DNA of 64,000 nucleotides from NCBI RefSeq assembly GCF_009914755.1, contig NC_060927.1, one strand, 5' to 3'. The position numbers and the translations under genes were made by a program. Shown here piece after piece: positions 14,580-27,590 of this stretch. The number at the start of each line of letters is the position of its first letter. The stretch's first letter is position 1. The notes under the pieces are model-generated. The model was not told the origin of the DNA. It worked only from the letters and a program-made list of their open reading frames with translations, and ran no database searches. The DNA comes from the human T2T-CHM13v2.0 reference genome, Homo sapiens.

Positions 14580-14885
14580 TTTTTTTTTCTTTTTTTTTTT
14601 TTGAGACAAAGTCTCGGTCTGTTGCCCAGGCTGGAGTGCAGTGGTGTGATCTTGGCTCACAGCAACCTCTGCCTCCCAGGTTCAAGCAATTCTTGAACCT
14701 CAGCCTCCTGAATAGCTGGGATTACAGGTATGTGTCACCACGCCCAGCTAATTTTTGTATTTTTAGTAGAGGCAGGGTTTCACCATGTTGGCCAGCCTGG
14801 TCTCGAGCTCCTGACCTCAAGTGATCTTACCCACTCGGCCTCACAAAGTCCTGGGATTACAAGCATGAGCCACTGCACCTGACCT
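14580..14885 (-). mobile_element. Alu (S-type)
   Basis: Alu consensus, TSD taaattgtaattctct. Confidence 0.9.
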
Positions 14886-17050
14886 AAATTGTAATTCTCT
14901 GTATTCACCTGTGTGTCTCTAACTTTTGGGGCAGTCTTTTATTACCCTGTGACTTCACTCCTCTGACAGATCTAAGAAGTTACTCATTTTTCAGTTTGTT
15001 CAACAATTTTACTTGTTAAAAAGGAGTAGCAACTTCCAAGCTCCTTATGTGCCAGACCAGAAACCAGAAGTCTTACCACAAGTTTTTATTTAATAGAATC
15101 ATTAAATTGCAAAATTGAAAGAGATTTGAGATGCCATCTAGTCCATCCCTGCAGGGGATCTTTGAGGAATACTTCCCTCTCCCTCCACCCCACACACGGA
15201 CACCTCCCTACGCTCCCTGGACATGGTTGCCGGTGATCTTCCTGATACTTCCCATATGGAGAGTGTATTCATTCCACTAAAAATTGCTCGGCTGGTTAGA
15301 AAACTCTTGTTACACCCCTCTTTGGTCTTAGTTGTGGCCTTGAATGAAGGCAGGTACAAAGAGGAAGATGAAGACAGCTTCAAAGAGGATACCTGGTCAT
15401 GGGCCTTGAAGCATTGCAGAGAGCCTTTGGCAGTCTTTACAGGATGTGGTGGGGAGGAAGGGAGGATAAAGTTAAGAGGAGAAAGAAGTAAACCAAAACA
15501 TCAGGATTTGGGGAATGTAGAGATAATGTGAGACCAGTGACATTCGGTGCCTCAGTTCCAAGGTTTGGGGATCATAGTTCAGCTGGAGACTGACTCTAGG
15601 GAGGTCTTTGATCAGGCCTCACTCTTGTCAGGAGTCTGCTAATCATTCTGTCTTTCTCTATTTTAGAATTGTACACCAAGAAGTAGAAGAATCTTTAGAG
15701 ACCATCCTTTACCTAGATGGGGCAATTGAGGGCCAGAGCCAGGAACAGATTCTCAGGGTGAATCAGTGGCAGAGCTCAAGTTTCCTACCTCCTAGCTCTA
15801 GCTCTCTTGGTTGCTTGGAGCCAAACAAAGCAAAAATTCCTTTTCTGACTGGAATGAGGAGATGATGAGGGCAGAGGACAAGGCTTATGTCTCCATCTCA
15901 GTTCTTCCCCATAAGGGGAATACCAGACTAGGCAGTGGTGACTGGTAGCAGTTGTTTTCTTGGCAATTCAATAAAGACAATGCTAAGAATAAGAACACTC
16001 AAGGAAGCTAAGTGAAGGAAAAAAGAGCTGGGGACAGTGGTGATCCTGGTGGGAGAGGTTGGGGTGGGGCAAAGAGCAAAGCATGCTCCCTGAGCAGCAT
16101 GTCAGGCCTTGCTTCTGCCCTCCACTGTCTGCCCTGCCTTGACCTGTACTGCAGGCTGACTGATTAACAGGCTTCCAGCAGCTGTGCCAGTCAGGTGGCC
16201 AGGGCTGCCCTGCACAACCTTGCTTCCTTGCATTCCCTTCAGCAATGTTCCTCTGCTCATGCCTTAAAATAGTTCAAAATTGAGAACATGAAAATGCTTT
16301 CTTATGCATACACAAGCAGACATGAATATGTGTATGCACCTGGTGTGTGTGTGGGCTGTGGTGGAGGCATACTTTGTCTTGTGTTCATTGTCACTGACAT
16401 TGCTCAGGGAGGCTGGGGTACTTGCATTTGTTTTCATCTTTAGAGTGTGTTAATGGTTTCCTTCTTGATTAAAGTAGAGCTCAAAATGCAGCTCTGTCAT
16501 TGCTCTGTATTCTTGGTTTGTCTTTGATGTTGAAAAGACAGTGCACTTGTGCTTTTGGTGGGGCTCCTGGCCTGCATGCTGCTTCCTAGGATTGGCAGGT
16601 ATTGCATATCACCACATACCAGACACCCACAGGAGAGAAAAATCATCAGGATCAAGAGGCCAGATTGGGCTGCTGGCAAAGTTTATCTGCAGGCTAAGTG
16701 CTTGTTGCTCTCCTGCTTATCCATGCTGCCTAGTGTGGGCTGTCCCTAGAAGGGAATTCTGTGTCCCTCTGAGTGCTGCAACTACTCTCAGGGTTTTACT
16801 GTAGTGGTTTTACCTCGCCTATTGGTTGACCCATCTACCTGTCTCATTTGAGTTGAGTGTGAATTGTTTAGGATATTGCAATTAGAGGTGGTGCGGGCTG
16901 GCTGGTTGCTATAAGCCATCTTAACATTTGGCTAAGCTCACTCCTCTGTGCTGGGCCTGACAAGGTCCTCTTGGTTCCTCTTGTGATGACTGTATCTTTT
17001 ACACAGTTAATAAAACATCCTCAGATGTTATAAGCTGGAGTGAACTATTT

Positions 17051-17382
17051 ATTTTTCTATTTTTTTTATTTTACTTTAAGTTCTGGGATACATGTGCTGA
17101 ATGTGCAGGTTTGTTACATAGATATACATGTGCCATGGTGGTTTGCTGCACCTATCAACCCATCATCTAGGTTTTAAGCCTCACATGCATTAGATATTTG
17201 TCCTAATGCTCTCCCTCCCCTTGTCCCCCACCCCCTGACAGGCCCTGGTATGTGATGTTCCCCTCCCTGTGTCCATGTGTTCTCATTGTTCAACTCCCAC
17301 TTATGAGTGAGAACATGCGGTGTTTGGTTTTCTGTTCCTGTGTTAGTTTGCTGAGGATGATTGTTTCCAACTTCATCCATGT
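17051..17382 (-). mobile_element. L1PA 3'-end fragment just upstream of SLC22A13
   Basis: L1PA 3' UTR consensus (ttaagttctgggatacatgtg...gagaacatgcggtgtttggtt), TSD-like g(a/g)actattt. Confidence 0.85.
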
Positions 17383-17465
17383 GGACTATTTTTTCATCAT
17401 ATTCTACCCTTCCCAAGTCACACCTAGGGGGCTGAGGAGTGACAGGTGGAGCAGGGCAAGGCTGG

Positions 17466-17478
17466 ATTAAACATTAAT
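17466..17478. promoter_or_regulatory. Candidate HNF1 site in the SLC22A13 proximal promoter
   Basis: ATTAAACATTAAT resembles the HNF1 pseudo-palindrome GTTAATNATTAAC, about 100 bp upstream of the ATG. Confidence 0.45.
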
Positions 17479-17573
17479 GCAGCTATCACCACTGCCCAGA
17501 GGAGCAAGTTCCCAGAGCCAAGCTACAGAGCTACCCTAGTGTCCCCAGGCTGAGGAGGTAGTGACTGGCATAC

Positions 17574-17951
17574 ATGGCTCAGTTTGTCCAGGTCCTGGCT
17601 GAAATAGGTGACTTTGGTCGCTTCCAGATACAGCTATTGATCCTGCTGTGTGTTCTCAACTTCCTGTCTCCCTTCTACTTTTTTGCCCATGTCTTCATGG
17701 TCCTAGATGAGCCCCACCACTGTGCAGTGGCTTGGGTGAAGAACCACACTTTCAACCTGAGTGCTGCTGAACAGCTGGTACTGAGCGTGCCCCTGGACAC
17801 TGCAGGTCACCCAGAGCCCTGCCTCATGTTCCGGCCACCCCCCGCCAATGCCAGCCTGCAGGACATCCTCAGCCACCGCTTCAATGAGACGCAGCCTTGT
17901 GATATGGGCTGGGAATATCCTGAGAACAGGCTCCCATCCCTGAAGAATGAG
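17574..17951 (+). CDS. SLC22A13: SLC22A13 (OAT10, organic anion/urate/nicotinate transporter) exon 1
   Basis: [18 protein letters not shown]...LKNE|gtagg; SLC22 TM1 and Cys-containing extracellular loop; 378 nt. Confidence 0.97.
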
Positions 17952-20900
17952 GTAGGCTTGTCCTTTTGCTGGTCTCTCCACCGGTTGTGGGTCTGTCAGG
18001 TCTTGTGCCTGACTCTTCGCCCTCAGTCACTGGCTCTGTATCTGCCCCATGCCCATATGGTCAACCATGGGCACATATGTTTTTCATTTTGTCAATCTCA
18101 TTTTCCTCTTTGTCCTCTGCCTATTGACCCATCTGTCTGTCATCTTCTCTGTCCAGTCTGTCTGCCCATCTGTCCATTTTTTGCCCATCCTTCTGTCGTC
18201 TCTGTCTTTCCTTGTCTCTCTGGCTATCTACCCAGTTGGTGTCCTCTCCTCTTTTCCTATCTTTGTGCCTTTCTCTCTACCCAGTGTGCTCATCTGTCTG
18301 TCCAGTTCTCTTTGTCTTTCAGTCTACCCCTGCATGTCTGCCTATGTTCCTATTTTCCTAACCCTCTAATGCCATCCCTTTCCCTGTCCATTTCACTGCC
18401 TTCCTGCTTGCTGGGCTTCAAAACTTTCAGCTTTTCTCTCTAGGTCTCTGCCAGCCTGCCCTTGGGACGCTGGAGAACATCCAGGACTCTAGGACTTGTC
18501 CTGTGGATAACTAAGCGTTCATTCTTGCTAACTTCATTCTTTTAGGAGAGATGCAGGCAGAAAAGTTCCCATCCTAGCCACCTCCGAGCAAGAGGGGCCC
18601 TCTGAAAGCATCCAGTCCCACTCTGTTGCTTCCCAGATGTTGGGGTTGAGGCACAGAATGAGGATATGGCTTAGCCAGGGCAATGCAGTGAGCTGATCAT
18701 GGAGCTGGGGCTCTCATGCCAGATACCTGCTGTCTAGATTCCCACAGGAGTGTGAGGCAGCACAGATAGTCCAGAAACCTGAGGGGCATGGGTGCTTGAG
18801 GGGATCTGTATAATTCTCATCTTCTTTATGGTGGAAAATCTGGGATTAAACATTCACTTCTTCCCCACCCCATGGCTGAAAAAGTATTTATTTTTAGAGG
18901 TTGTCAGAGACCAATGTGTTAACCAAAGCTTAACTTTCACTTTTTAATGTGTGACCATAAAACTGCTCCCAGAAGCCTGGCAGCCTGCGGATATGTCCTG
19001 CCTGTCCTTCTCCCAACTCTCCCCCACCCCACCCCACCCCACACCACAGGGAGCTCTAGGGAGCCTGTGCATGCTCCCAGGCTCTGAGGCTGGCCAGCTT
19101 AGCCCCTTCTGACCCTTACTGTCCTCTCCATCATCTCCCCAGCATCACATCCATGGCTGGTGCCAGCCTTCACCAGCCCTAACGTGTTGTGATATGCCTG
19201 TATGTGTTAAACTCTCTGCCCACCTGGCCAAATATCATCATTCTCAAAGCCCAGAAAACCTTCCAGATTGCTCACAGACTACTCTAGGCCTTCTTCACAC
19301 CCCATGCTGGACTGTTCATGCAACCGTATTCAGCCAAAGGCCCCTGAGGATTAACTGTGCGGGGAAGTCAGAGGGGAAAGGTACTTTGTTCCTCTAGTGG
19401 TCAGGAAAGGTCTGGGCCCCTTGCAGAGGAATAAAGGGCTGGGCGGGTTCTAAGGCCCAGAATTTGCTTCCTCCTGGTTCCGGGGGAATGGGCAGGCAAC
19501 TTTCTGAAGGAAGTGGTATGTGTGAACTGGGGCACCAAGATACTAGAAAAATGTTGCTAGAGAAGAGGGGAAGGCCTCTGCAGGTGGAGAATAAGAATAG
19601 CACAGGAAAGGCCTGGCAGCAGGAAGCAGGCAGGATGTCTGGGGAGCAGTGGGTGTGCCTGCAATGGGGTCAGGGTGGAGGGGTAGGGGTATAGGAATTA
19701 GATGGATGTTTTCAAGGATTTGGGACCTCTGTTCTTTGGTGTTTGTTTGACACATCTGAAAAGAATGCATACACAAAGAATTATCATGTGAGAAAGCATT
19801 GGTTAACGCTAAGGTAATAATTAGGATTTGTGGAAGGTGGAAAAAATTACCTAAACATTTTTAGCAATTGGGAACTGCAAAATAAGCCGATAACATCCCT
19901 GTTAACACTTAGGAAGAGTCTTCATTCATGACATCTGTTAAACTAGAGAGCCTCCATTGGCTGTTGGAAGGTTCCTCAAACACAAAACAGAAACAAGGGG
20001 AGTCCCTTGACTGGTTCCCATGTTCTTAAGTGTTCTCCCCGCCCCTTCTCCAACCTCAGCTCCTCGATGAAGCAGACCTCCATAACTTGAAAGAGGGTGT
20101 TATCATTCCATAGACATCTATCTTATACAGAGCATCACCCTCACATTTCTTCTACATGCTGGGTCTTCAGCTGCGTTCTAGGAACACCATGTCACACACT
20201 CTTAAGCTGCACATTTATGCTAAGCATATGAGAGAATGACAGGAAAGACTTTTTTTCAGATTATGAACTCACTCCATTTAGTGTATTTCAGAAGGTGCAT
20301 ACTTCTCTTCATCTGTCAGTGAAAGAAGTTGGAAATTAACTTTGAAAAATAAATCAGCAAATAGCAAATTTTCTCAAAAGTTACAGTCACGTATATAGGG
20401 CAAGAAATGAGGAAGGGCAAGACAGACTCCACCCACATTAGTGAGTTTCATCAAACACCCAAGGGTGGAGAGAAAAGGCAGCTTTCAGAAAGGACTGTGT
20501 TATGAAATGAGGCAGGTGGGGAATGTGTTTTCTAAACTAGATCTAGGAAGTGGAATGTGGAATCAATCTGTCCTCCTCCCTTTAAGGACTGTCCACTGGT
20601 TAATAAATTTTTTAAAAGACTAAAAAATAAACTCACACACAAACACCCGCAAAACAAACAAACAAACAAACAAACAAAAAAAACAGCATTAAGATGTCCC
20701 ATGTTACTCTCGAGGGGAACCAAGGAGCAGCTTAACAATTAGCATTAGTGTACTAGAGAGTCATTACAAGCATGCCTTGCTTTTAAGCAAACAAAAAAAT
20801 TTTTTGAAGCAACAGAACAAACGAGTACTGATCACTTTTCTGACAATAAACAATGATTCAAAAGTAACTAGTATTAGGATGGGGAAGGGAACCATACCTA

Positions 20901-20965
20901 TGAGCCTTGTCTTGCAAGAGTATATGTTGGTAGGATTAGGCATTTGTCATTATTGCAGAGAATGA

Positions 20966-21274
<309 letters not shown>

Positions 21275-21418
21275 TAATTCTTAGTTTGACTTAAACCTTG
21301 CTTTTAGTGTGATGGCGACAAAAGCTGAGCTGAAAGGGCTTTGGAGAGATGTTCACAGCAGCACATGCCTGAGGCTCTCTCTTCTTTGGCTCTGGAGGCT
21401 TGGTTAACAGCATTCTTT

Positions 21419-21980
21419 TTTTATTTTATTTTATTATTATTATACTTTAAGTTTTAGGGTACATGTGCACCATGTGCAGGTTAGTTACATTTGTATACAT
21501 GTGCCATACTGGTGTGCTGCACCCATTAACTCGTCATTTAGCATTAGGTATATCTCCTACAGCTATCCCCTCCCCCCTCCCCCCACCCCACAACAGTCCC
21601 CAGAGTGTGATGTTCCCCTTCCTGTGTCCATGTGTTCTCATTGTTCAATTCCCACCTATGAGTGAGAATATACGGTGTTTGGTTTTTTGTTCTTGCGATA
21701 GTTTACTGAGAATGATAATTTCCAATTTCATCCATGTCCCTACAAAGGACATGAACTCCTCATTTTTTATGGCTGCATAGTATTCCATGGTGTATATGTG
21801 CCACATTTTCTTAATCCAGTCTATCATTTTTGGACATTTGGGTTGGTTCCAAGTCTTTGCTATTGTGAATAATGCCGCAGTAAACATACTTGTGCATGTG
21901 TCTTTATAGCAGCATGATTTATAGTCCTTTGGGTATATACCCAGTAATGGGATGGCTGGGTCGAATGGTGTTTCTAGTTC
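21419..21980 (-). mobile_element. Young L1PA 5'-truncated copy inserted in the CDC42 pseudogene CDS
   Basis: ORF2 C-terminus (PFDPAIPLLGIYPKDYKSCCYKDTCT), L1 3' UTR, TSD ggttaac(a/t)gcattcttt at 21402-21418 and 21981-21997. Confidence 0.93.
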
Positions 21981-22952
21981 GGTTAACTGCATTCTTTAGG
22001 CCCTTCTCTGTGAGTGCAGAATGCTCTGCATACTCAACAGCCTTCCAGTCCGAGGCCAGTCTGGAGTGATAGGCTTCTGTTTTTTGTTCTTGGCAAGTTT
22101 TACAAGAGTAGAGGGATCATTCTCTGAGATGAATTTGGGTCTCGACAAGCAAGAAAGGAATCTTTGGATAGCGGTGAGTTATCACAGGCACCCACTTTTC
22201 TTTCACATTTTTGAATGAGGACGGAGATACCACTGAAAAACTGACTAGAAATACATCTGTTTGTAGATACTTAGCAATTGCAATCTTTTATAACCCTCTT
22301 GCCCAGAAGTGTCAAAAAGTCCAAGAGCATATGGCTCTCCACCAACCATAACCATGACCACATAGTTGTTAGAAATAGTTGGTACATTTTCAGATGTAAA
22401 TTTGTTTGTTGTGTAGGATATCGGTATGTTTTACCAATGGCATCATTGCTTACAACAGCACACTTAATGGTCTGCATTGCTGAAATAGTTTTGTATTTAC
22501 TTTAAATATTTCGAACTTGATGTTGACCTCAGCTTCTCCCTGGGGCATGGCGGCACTCAGGACCTCTCTCCTAGACAGTGCTGGCATTGCAGTTGGAACT
22601 TGGGCCTCTCACTCTACCCTAACATGCTCTCCTCACCCCAACTCTTCCAAAGACTGTGACTCCCAAGGAAATGAATGCTTTGTGCCCTGCACCACATGCT
22701 AATCCCAAGCTCAGTTCCAGAGTGCAGCTGGCTTTGTGTGATCTTCTATCTCTGGTTTTCATCTATGAGGAAGGGTTCTGCCCATTGACCCAGAGGACCC
22801 TCTCTGAGCTGACACCTAAGCTTCTTTATTATAAATGGTGACTTCATATTTAAACTTAAATGCAAACAATACTAATTTGAAAAGAGAAAAGTATATTTCC
22901 ATATAGGCTGTGTGCTCTTGAAGGTCAGAATATGTTTCTCCTTTTCAACCTA

Positions 22953-23278
<326 letters not shown>

Positions 23279-25334
23279 TGACTCCCCTGTCTACGTGGAC
23301 CTTGGAATGGGAAGGTGGGAAGACCATCAATGAATAGCAACAATCATGTGATCTGTCCAGCGACCAAAGAAGTAGGAATAGGAGAGAAGGGGAAGCAGAA
23401 AGAACAACCATTTCTGGGGTCTGGAGGCGTGAAAATGCCTGGCATATTTAGGAATGCTGACATGGCAAAAGAGACTGGGAAATAGGCAACAGCTAGCTCT
23501 TCAAGGGCCTTAGATATAGTGCTAAGGAATTTGGGCTTTCTCCTAGAGGCCAAAGGGAGCTGTTGAAGGTTTTGGAATAGGGGAGGGATCCGGGATGGGG
23601 TATACGCCAAGAAATGAGGGTGGGATTCTGCAGACCACCATGGCAGGCTGCAGACAGAACCATCCACTGTGGGTGTTGGGGCTGGGGAGGATGACTGGCA
23701 TCCCAAGTTGGAGCCCTCTTCATCTCTACCACCTGCAACATGACAACACCATGAGAGCTCAGGCATATCTCGGCGCCTCTCCAAGCCTCAGTCTCTGCTG
23801 CTGCACAAGGGGAATGATAAGCCATTATGGGGTTAGAATGAGGATTTAATGTCATAGCAGGTATATAAACTGAAGAGAGGTAGTGAATGGTGGCTGTTGA
23901 CCAGGTGTGCCAGCCTTAGAAGACTCCAAGGCTTGGTGCTCATGCCCACAGGGCACTTCACCCCCTTGTGTCTGAGCTGTCTGCCACCAGGTGAGAGCTT
24001 TGTGAGCACAGAGGCCAGCACAGCCTCACCCTACATAACAGGTGCTGAGAGCTTCGTGTGACATAGCCACTGAGCTAACCATGTTACAAATGTTAGTTCC
24101 TTTCATTATATCAGGTGATACTATATAGCATATTTTATTCACATTTTGTAGTGGGAAACCAAGACACAGACAGATGGGCTAACAGGCTCAAGGTCACACA
24201 AAGCCACTCAATTCTGACTCCTGAGCCTGGGAACAGTAGGCCTTTATTATTAGTTATTTTAAATGCCATCTTACTACAAAGGCAATCTGTGGCTGCTAGA
24301 CAAAAACCAAACAGGATAGAACTGGCTGGAGCAACAATTTCAAGTCCCCTGTCCTTCCCTACTTCATTCCCAGGGGCAATCAGTTCATCACTTGATACAT
24401 GTTGAAAGTTCTTGAAAATTAACAGTTGTCCTTAAGAACAGAAGTATGAGCACAATGGTAACTCCTGGACTGGTTAATTTCTTGCTAAAAGTTATTTAAC
24501 TGATGGTGATTGGTTAATTAGCTAGCTGTAGGCATTAGTTTATGTCTTCATTTATTCATTCATTCAGCAGACATCCTCTTAGCCTTCACTCAGATTCATT
24601 CCCTGTCTAGGGCAAGAGAGATGTCTCAACTCTACCAGCTGCCATCCAGCTGTAGGACCAAGGGTTAGCTGCTTAAACTTTCCTTTCTCGGGAAGTTGAT
24701 AATAAGTGAAGGATTATTATTAGAATTCTGTGAGATCATGCATGTAAAGTGTTTAGCAAGCACCCAGCACAGGGTAAGTGCTCAGTGGTTGCTGCTGGGA
24801 AGCTGGAGGAGAGCTCACATGACGGTTCCCCAACAAACATTTGTGTGTGGAACTGGGCTGTGTTCAAGAGGCATGGCGGGACTCCCTAAGGGGCCCACAA
24901 ACCCCATGGGGTGGGGGTCAGTCAAGTGAGTCAAGTGCACATACAATAGACGTGTGTACAGAGTGGTATGGACCCAAATATCTTCTCCTCTTGGTTTCTC
25001 AGGCTGTGGGATTCTCTCTATAGGTCTTGGGTGGATTAGCATTCTCTGTGTCTCTCTCTTTCTCTGTCACACACCTGCACATTCTCTCATTCTCTCCCTC
25101 CCTCCCTCTGTGTGTGCGTGTGTACGTGTGTGTGTGTTCCTCTCTCCTAATCGCCTTCCTCAGGGCATGTGTGAGGGCTCCTTAGGATTCTGATTGCCTG
25201 TGAATGGTGGGTACTTCAGGGGGATTTTGCAGCCAGGTAGAAAAACATGGAGAGACCCAAGTGTGTCCCAGGGGTGCCCTGGCTATGGAGAAGCGGCCCC
25301 ATTTGTTAAGAAGCAGCAATTAATGATTTGTCAC

Positions 25335-25886
25335 AGGGTTCCAAAATTTGCATCCTTATTGTGTCAATAATTTTACATGGCATCTCCAGGCCAAAAGAAA
25401 TGCCTAACAGCTCTATGTATTAAGTCATTAAGTTCAAACAAGTGTTTATGTCCTAACAACTTAGTAGTTATTTTTTGGAATAAATGCATAAGTTGACAGA
25501 AAAAATATTTTAATGTTATTCTTAAATACAATAACTTACTGATAAGATGTATGCACTTACTGGGCATTGTACAACTTCTCAGTCCTTAAACACTACCTCC
25601 CTCACTTTCTCTTCCACATTGATTTTCCTGTGGCATTTGCTTTCACAGCAACTGCCAAAAGCACTTTCCTATAGATTTGATGTCAGATTTCACATAGATA
25701 TGATGTCATTGGAAGGAAAGTAGTGTGGTCTCACGTTGAAAGCGTGAACTATCCTGAGCTAGTAATTTGTGTGATATCAGAGAGATGTCAACTTGTATTT
25801 CCCTTTAAAACCTGAAATGCCCTGCCATGCTCAGTGAGTTCACTATGGTGCCCTGGAGTGCCTCAGTACACAGTTTGGGAACCATG
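25335..25886. mobile_element. hAT-Charlie (MER119-like) DNA transposon relic
   Basis: Terminal motif gtgcctcagtacacagtttgggaaccatg with AT-rich interior; family assignment by recall. Confidence 0.45.
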
Positions 25887-25980
25887 AGCTCCTGCCCTGA
25901 AGGGTTTGTAGTGGGACAGGTGGTGTAGGGCTTGCCCTCCTTGCAGCCCCTGGACTCACATCTGCCTGTGTCTCCCTCAG

Positions 25981-26084
25981 TTCAACCTGGTTTGTGATCG
26001 GAAGCACCTGAAGGACACCACACAGTCAGTGTTCATGGCTGGGCTCCTTGTTGGCACCCTCATGTTTGGGCCCCTCTGCGACCG
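25981..26084 (+). CDS. SLC22A13: SLC22A13 exon 2
   Basis: ctcag|[35 protein letters not shown]|gtaag; 104 nt. Confidence 0.97.
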
Positions 26085-26312
26085 GTAAGAACCTTGCCCT
26101 GCCCACTCCCTGCCTAGCAAGCTCGTCAGCTCTGGCACAGGCCCAAGTCCCCCTTATGCCCCTTACACTGGCCTTTAGGCAAGGCCCTCTTCCCCCTACC
26201 CTCAAATGGGGCTCAGACAGAGACCCCAGGACAGGGCTGGGCCCCCTTGCGGCCTTCTCCTCAGATGCCTTCCGGGAGGGACCCTCCCCACAGACCTGCC
26301 CTGTTTCCTCAG

Positions 26313-26467
26313 GATTGGCCGCAAGGCCACAATCCTGGCGCAGCTGCTCCTCTTCACCCTCATCGGCCTGGCCACAGCTTTTGTGCCCAGCTTTGAGCTC
26401 TACATGGCCCTGCGCTTTGCTGTGGCTACTGCCGTCGCTGGACTTAGCTTCAGCAATGTCACCCTAC
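26313..26467 (+). CDS. SLC22A13: SLC22A13 exon 3
   Basis: [14 protein letters not shown]...FSNVTL|gtgagt; MFS motif A (DRIGRK); 155 nt. Confidence 0.97.
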
Positions 26468-26697
26468 GTGAGTGTCTGGGCCCTGGAGCCTTCAGCCATA
26501 GGGTGAGGCCCAGGGGCCTGGGAGGGCCACAGCCCCAAACGGCCTGTGGAGGTCTTTTCAGGTACCCCACATCTGAAGTGGTCGCACTGGTGCTTCCTGT
26601 GTTGGCACTGAGGCCCAGCCCCCACAGGGTGGCATCTAGGAGTAATGGGGAGTGAATGGCAGGGATTAGCCCTGTCTCAACCTCTCCATTGCCACAG

Positions 26698-26866
26698 TGA
26701 CAGAATGGGTGGGGCCCTCATGGAGGACGCAGGCCGTGGTCCTGGCCCAGTGCAACTTCTCCCTCGGGCAGATGGTGCTTGCGGGACTCGCCTACGGTTT
26801 CCGCAACTGGAGGCTCCTTCAGATCACCGGCACTGCGCCTGGCTTACTGCTCTTCTTCTACTTCTG
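26698..26866 (+). CDS. SLC22A13: SLC22A13 exon 4
   Basis: cacag|TEWVGPSWR...FRNWRLLQ...FYFW|gtgagg; 169 nt. Confidence 0.97.
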
Positions 26867-27078
26867 GTGAGGAAAATACATGCCAGGAGCAAGCCCCCCC
26901 AGGTTAGTTGTGTTGTGGTGGGGTTGCAGTGCAGCACCCATGTTCATAGGACAGTCAGAGGTGAGTCTGGGAGAGGGAGCCTGTCACAGCTGGGTGTGGG
27001 GTTCAGTTTGCACTGGAACAAGCTGGAAAGCTCCCTAGGACTCCAGGCCCCAAGGTCATAGCCGTTGCTGACCCACAG

Positions 27079-27199
27079 GGCTCTGCCAGAATCTGCACGT
27101 TGGCTCCTGACCCGTGGGAGGATGGACGAGGCGATACAACTGATCCAGAAGGCGGCCTCGGTCAATAGGCGGAAACTCTCCCCGGAGCTCATGAACCAG
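27079..27199 (+). CDS. SLC22A13: SLC22A13 exon 5
   Basis: [10 protein letters not shown] (PESxRWL motif)...ELMNQ|gtact; 121 nt. Confidence 0.96.
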
Positions 27200-27286
27200 G
27201 TACTTCCAGCAGGCCCAGGCCCAGGCCCAGAATCAGACCCACACGGATCTTCCTGCCTGGCTTCTCACTCTGCTTCTTCCTCCCAG

Positions 27287-27381
27287 CTGGTCCCAGAGAA
27301 GACAGGCCCCTCAGGGAATGCCCTGGATCTGTTCAGACACCCCCAGCTCCGGAAGGTGACCCTGATTATCTTCTGTGTCTG
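27287..27381 (+). CDS. SLC22A13: SLC22A13 exon 6
   Basis: tcccag|[32 protein letters not shown]|gtgagt; 95 nt. Confidence 0.95.
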
Positions 27382-27590
27382 GTGAGTGCCCAGAACCCGA
27401 GGACAGAACCACAGGGCTGCAGCCTCCCTGGTGTGTGTTGGCAGAGGGGTGGGCTGGTGGCTGTTTGGCTGGGATGGTCTCTCCCTGGTTGTGCCAGTGT
27501 CCCCTGCTGTGACTGCTGACCAAGGCAGGCTCTCCCTCTGGGTGGTGTCTCGTCACCCAGCAGTGACAGGAACCCTTCATTACCTTGTAG

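Noticed and set aside
13933-14824. Alu-derived ORFs (also at 30015, 32258, 35124, 38175, 50210, 55685, 61688)
   Set aside because: Typical Alu translations, not genes
17952-18443. C-terminal half of the 289-aa ORF
   Set aside because: Read-through past the exon 1 donor into pyrimidine-rich intron; low-complexity sequence with no SLC22 homology
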